Below are positions 62,296-64,000 of a stretch of 64,000 nucleotides of DNA, piece after piece (position 1 is the first letter of the stretch; every line of letters begins with the position of its first letter). This DNA comes from Malacoraja senta (lineage: Eukaryota): positions 10,790,001 through 10,854,000 of the forward strand of contig CM075989.1 in NCBI GenBank assembly GCA_038087875.1, given 5' to 3'. The notes beneath the pieces are model-generated. The model ran no database searches and was not told where the DNA came from. It was given only the letters and a program-made list of their open reading frames with translations. A program made the translations under genes and the position numbers.

Positions 62296-63109
62296 TTTAC
62301 AATCGTTAACAAGCCCACTTTATAATCAGCTTTCACAGCACAATAACTCTGCAAATTTCCCTTTAATACATACACCCAGTTAGCAACGAGGATTACAAAG
62401 AAACGTGCATAATAAAATGTGGAATTCAGTGATTCCTTCTAGGCATGAGGTCTGTGGGTCTGGAAAGGGGTTGAGGAAGCTGTTGTGATTCCAAAGCAAA
62501 TGTCGACACAAAATAAGTGGATCTTCAGTCTGCCTCATTGATTTCCTCATGAAGCTTTGCTGGCAAAAGGCCGTTACATTGGCAAGGACATGGATGGGAT
62601 GCCTGGTTCAGTGCTTTGCTGATTGCCCAGTGATTATCTACACATCTTCATGGCCCAAATGTACTGGTGGCTGGGCTGTGTGCTGCACTGTGTGCAGTTG
62701 CTGCCACCTGCAGGTTGTCTCTCACACTGCATGCAGCACAATGCCTACAGTGAATGAAAATCCAAAACTGCAGATTCTGGAAATTCAAAGGAAAAACCGA
62801 GAGTGCTGGAAACGCTCAGTCCTAAGCTGCTTTACCTTTGTTAACTGTTTCTCTCGCCACAGCTGCTGCCCGGCCTGCTGAGTCAGCATCCATCTTCTCG
62901 CTACTACCATCGGGCCACTCCCAGACCACCAGGTTCAGGAACAGCTACTTTTCTACAATCATCTGGTTCTTGATCATCCCCAATCAGTACCCCGTTCCTG
63001 CCTTCTCCCCATATCCCCTGACTCCGCTATCTTTAAGAGCCCATCTGCCATTACATCACCCGTTTCTGTAACCAATCTATATCTTGCTCTATCCTCTGAT
63101 AGCCGCCTT

Positions 63110-63903
63110 CATCAAGAATCAAGAATCAAGTTTCCTTTATTGTCATTCAGACCTTTCGGTCTGAACGAAATTGTGATGCCTGCAGTCATACACAGAACCA
63201 ATAATAACAAAACATACAATAAACACAAATTAAACATCCACCACAGTGAGTTCACCAAGCACACCTTCACTGTGATGGAGGCAAAGTCTTAGTCTCCGTC
63301 TCTTCCTCCTTGTTCTCCCTCTGCGCTGAGGCGATCGATCCAGGCCGAAGATGCCGCCCTCCAGTCCAGCGGACCTCCATGGTGATGTCGCCGCCGCCGA
63401 AAGCCGGAACGCCGTCTCCGCTCCGAGACGGCCCGCCACAGCATCAGCTCCAGGTCCCGCAGTCTCCGCTCCGGACCCCGCCGTATCAGCTCCAGGTCCC
63501 GCAGTCTCCGCTCCGGACCCCGCTGCATCAGCTCCAGGCTGCCACCGAAAGCCAGAACGCCGCACCAGCAAGTCGGGCCACCGCTGCCTCAGCCCCGAAG
63601 ACGGCCAGCATCTCGTTGGTAAGTCCTGGTTGGCTCTGCCTCTGTAGCCTCGGGGTCGGTCGCAGGATGGAGGCGGCCAGCTCCGCCATTAGGCCTCACC
63701 ACAGACGGAGGCAGGGAAGGGGGATACGACACGAAAAAGTCGCATTCCCCCGAAGGAGGAGACAGAGGACATGTTTCTCCCCCCCTAACACAACCCAACA
63801 AACTAAAACTTAACAAAACAGGACAAAAAAAACCAACAGAAAAAGTAAAAACAAACGGACTGCAGGCGAGCCGCAGCCGATTAACAGCGCCGCCACTTCC
63901 GGA
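63110..63903 (-). mobile_element. Non-autonomous Rex1-type element with internal 42-bp tandem repeat
   Basis: Shares CACTGTGGTGGATGTTTA block and head with 46165-46932; (TCAAGAA)n tail; TCAGCTCCAGGTCCCGCAGTCTCCGCTCCGGACCCCG unit ~2.3x at 63444-63538. Confidence 0.7.
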
Positions 63904-64000
63904 TGTCTGCAACTCCACCAATTTATGTGTCATCTGCAAACCTACCAACCCGCTCATCTACATTTTCATCTAGGAAAGACACAAAATGCTGGAGCAACTC

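Noticed and set aside
63230..63813. Ala/Pro-rich repetitive ORFs
   Set aside because: Arise from a GC-rich 42-bp in-frame tandem repeat inside a non-autonomous retroelement.
1..64000. Strand bias of retroelements as a hint of host transcription direction
   Set aside because: HE1 SINEs occur about equally on both strands; the mild + excess of CR1 fragments is too small a sample to interpret.

Overview
Repeat-dense, apparently non-coding vertebrate DNA, almost certainly from an elasmobranch (probably a skate or ray), judged by about 20 HE1-type tRNA-derived V-SINEs, many CR1/HER1 LINE 3' fragments, Deu-domain SINEs and very abundant Penelope-like element (PLE) ends. I found no host protein-coding exon. 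All recognisable coding remnants are retrotransposon ORFs: PLE GIY-YIG, L1 ORF2 C-terminus, Rex1/Babar RT, RTE RT and CR1 RT. There is a 200-N assembly gap at 39047-39246 next to a degenerate (CA)n tract. The most notable structures are: (1) a 5'-truncated L1 flanked by a ~580-bp direct duplication whose 306-bp core is nearly identical while its edges are ~8-14% diverged; (2) a family of tiny PLE-derived insertions carrying a minimal hammerhead-ribozyme-like core, forming fold-back palindromes with fixed end points and 9-16 bp TSDs; (3) a CA..TG/8-bp-TSD MITE with an internal third terminal repeat inside a hairpin; (4) three Harbinger-type MITEs; (5) non-autonomous Rex1-tailed elements; (6) several repeat-free AT-rich islands that may be conserved enhancers. 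Family names come from recognition by eye, not database searches. Repeat boundaries are approximate unless TSDs are given.
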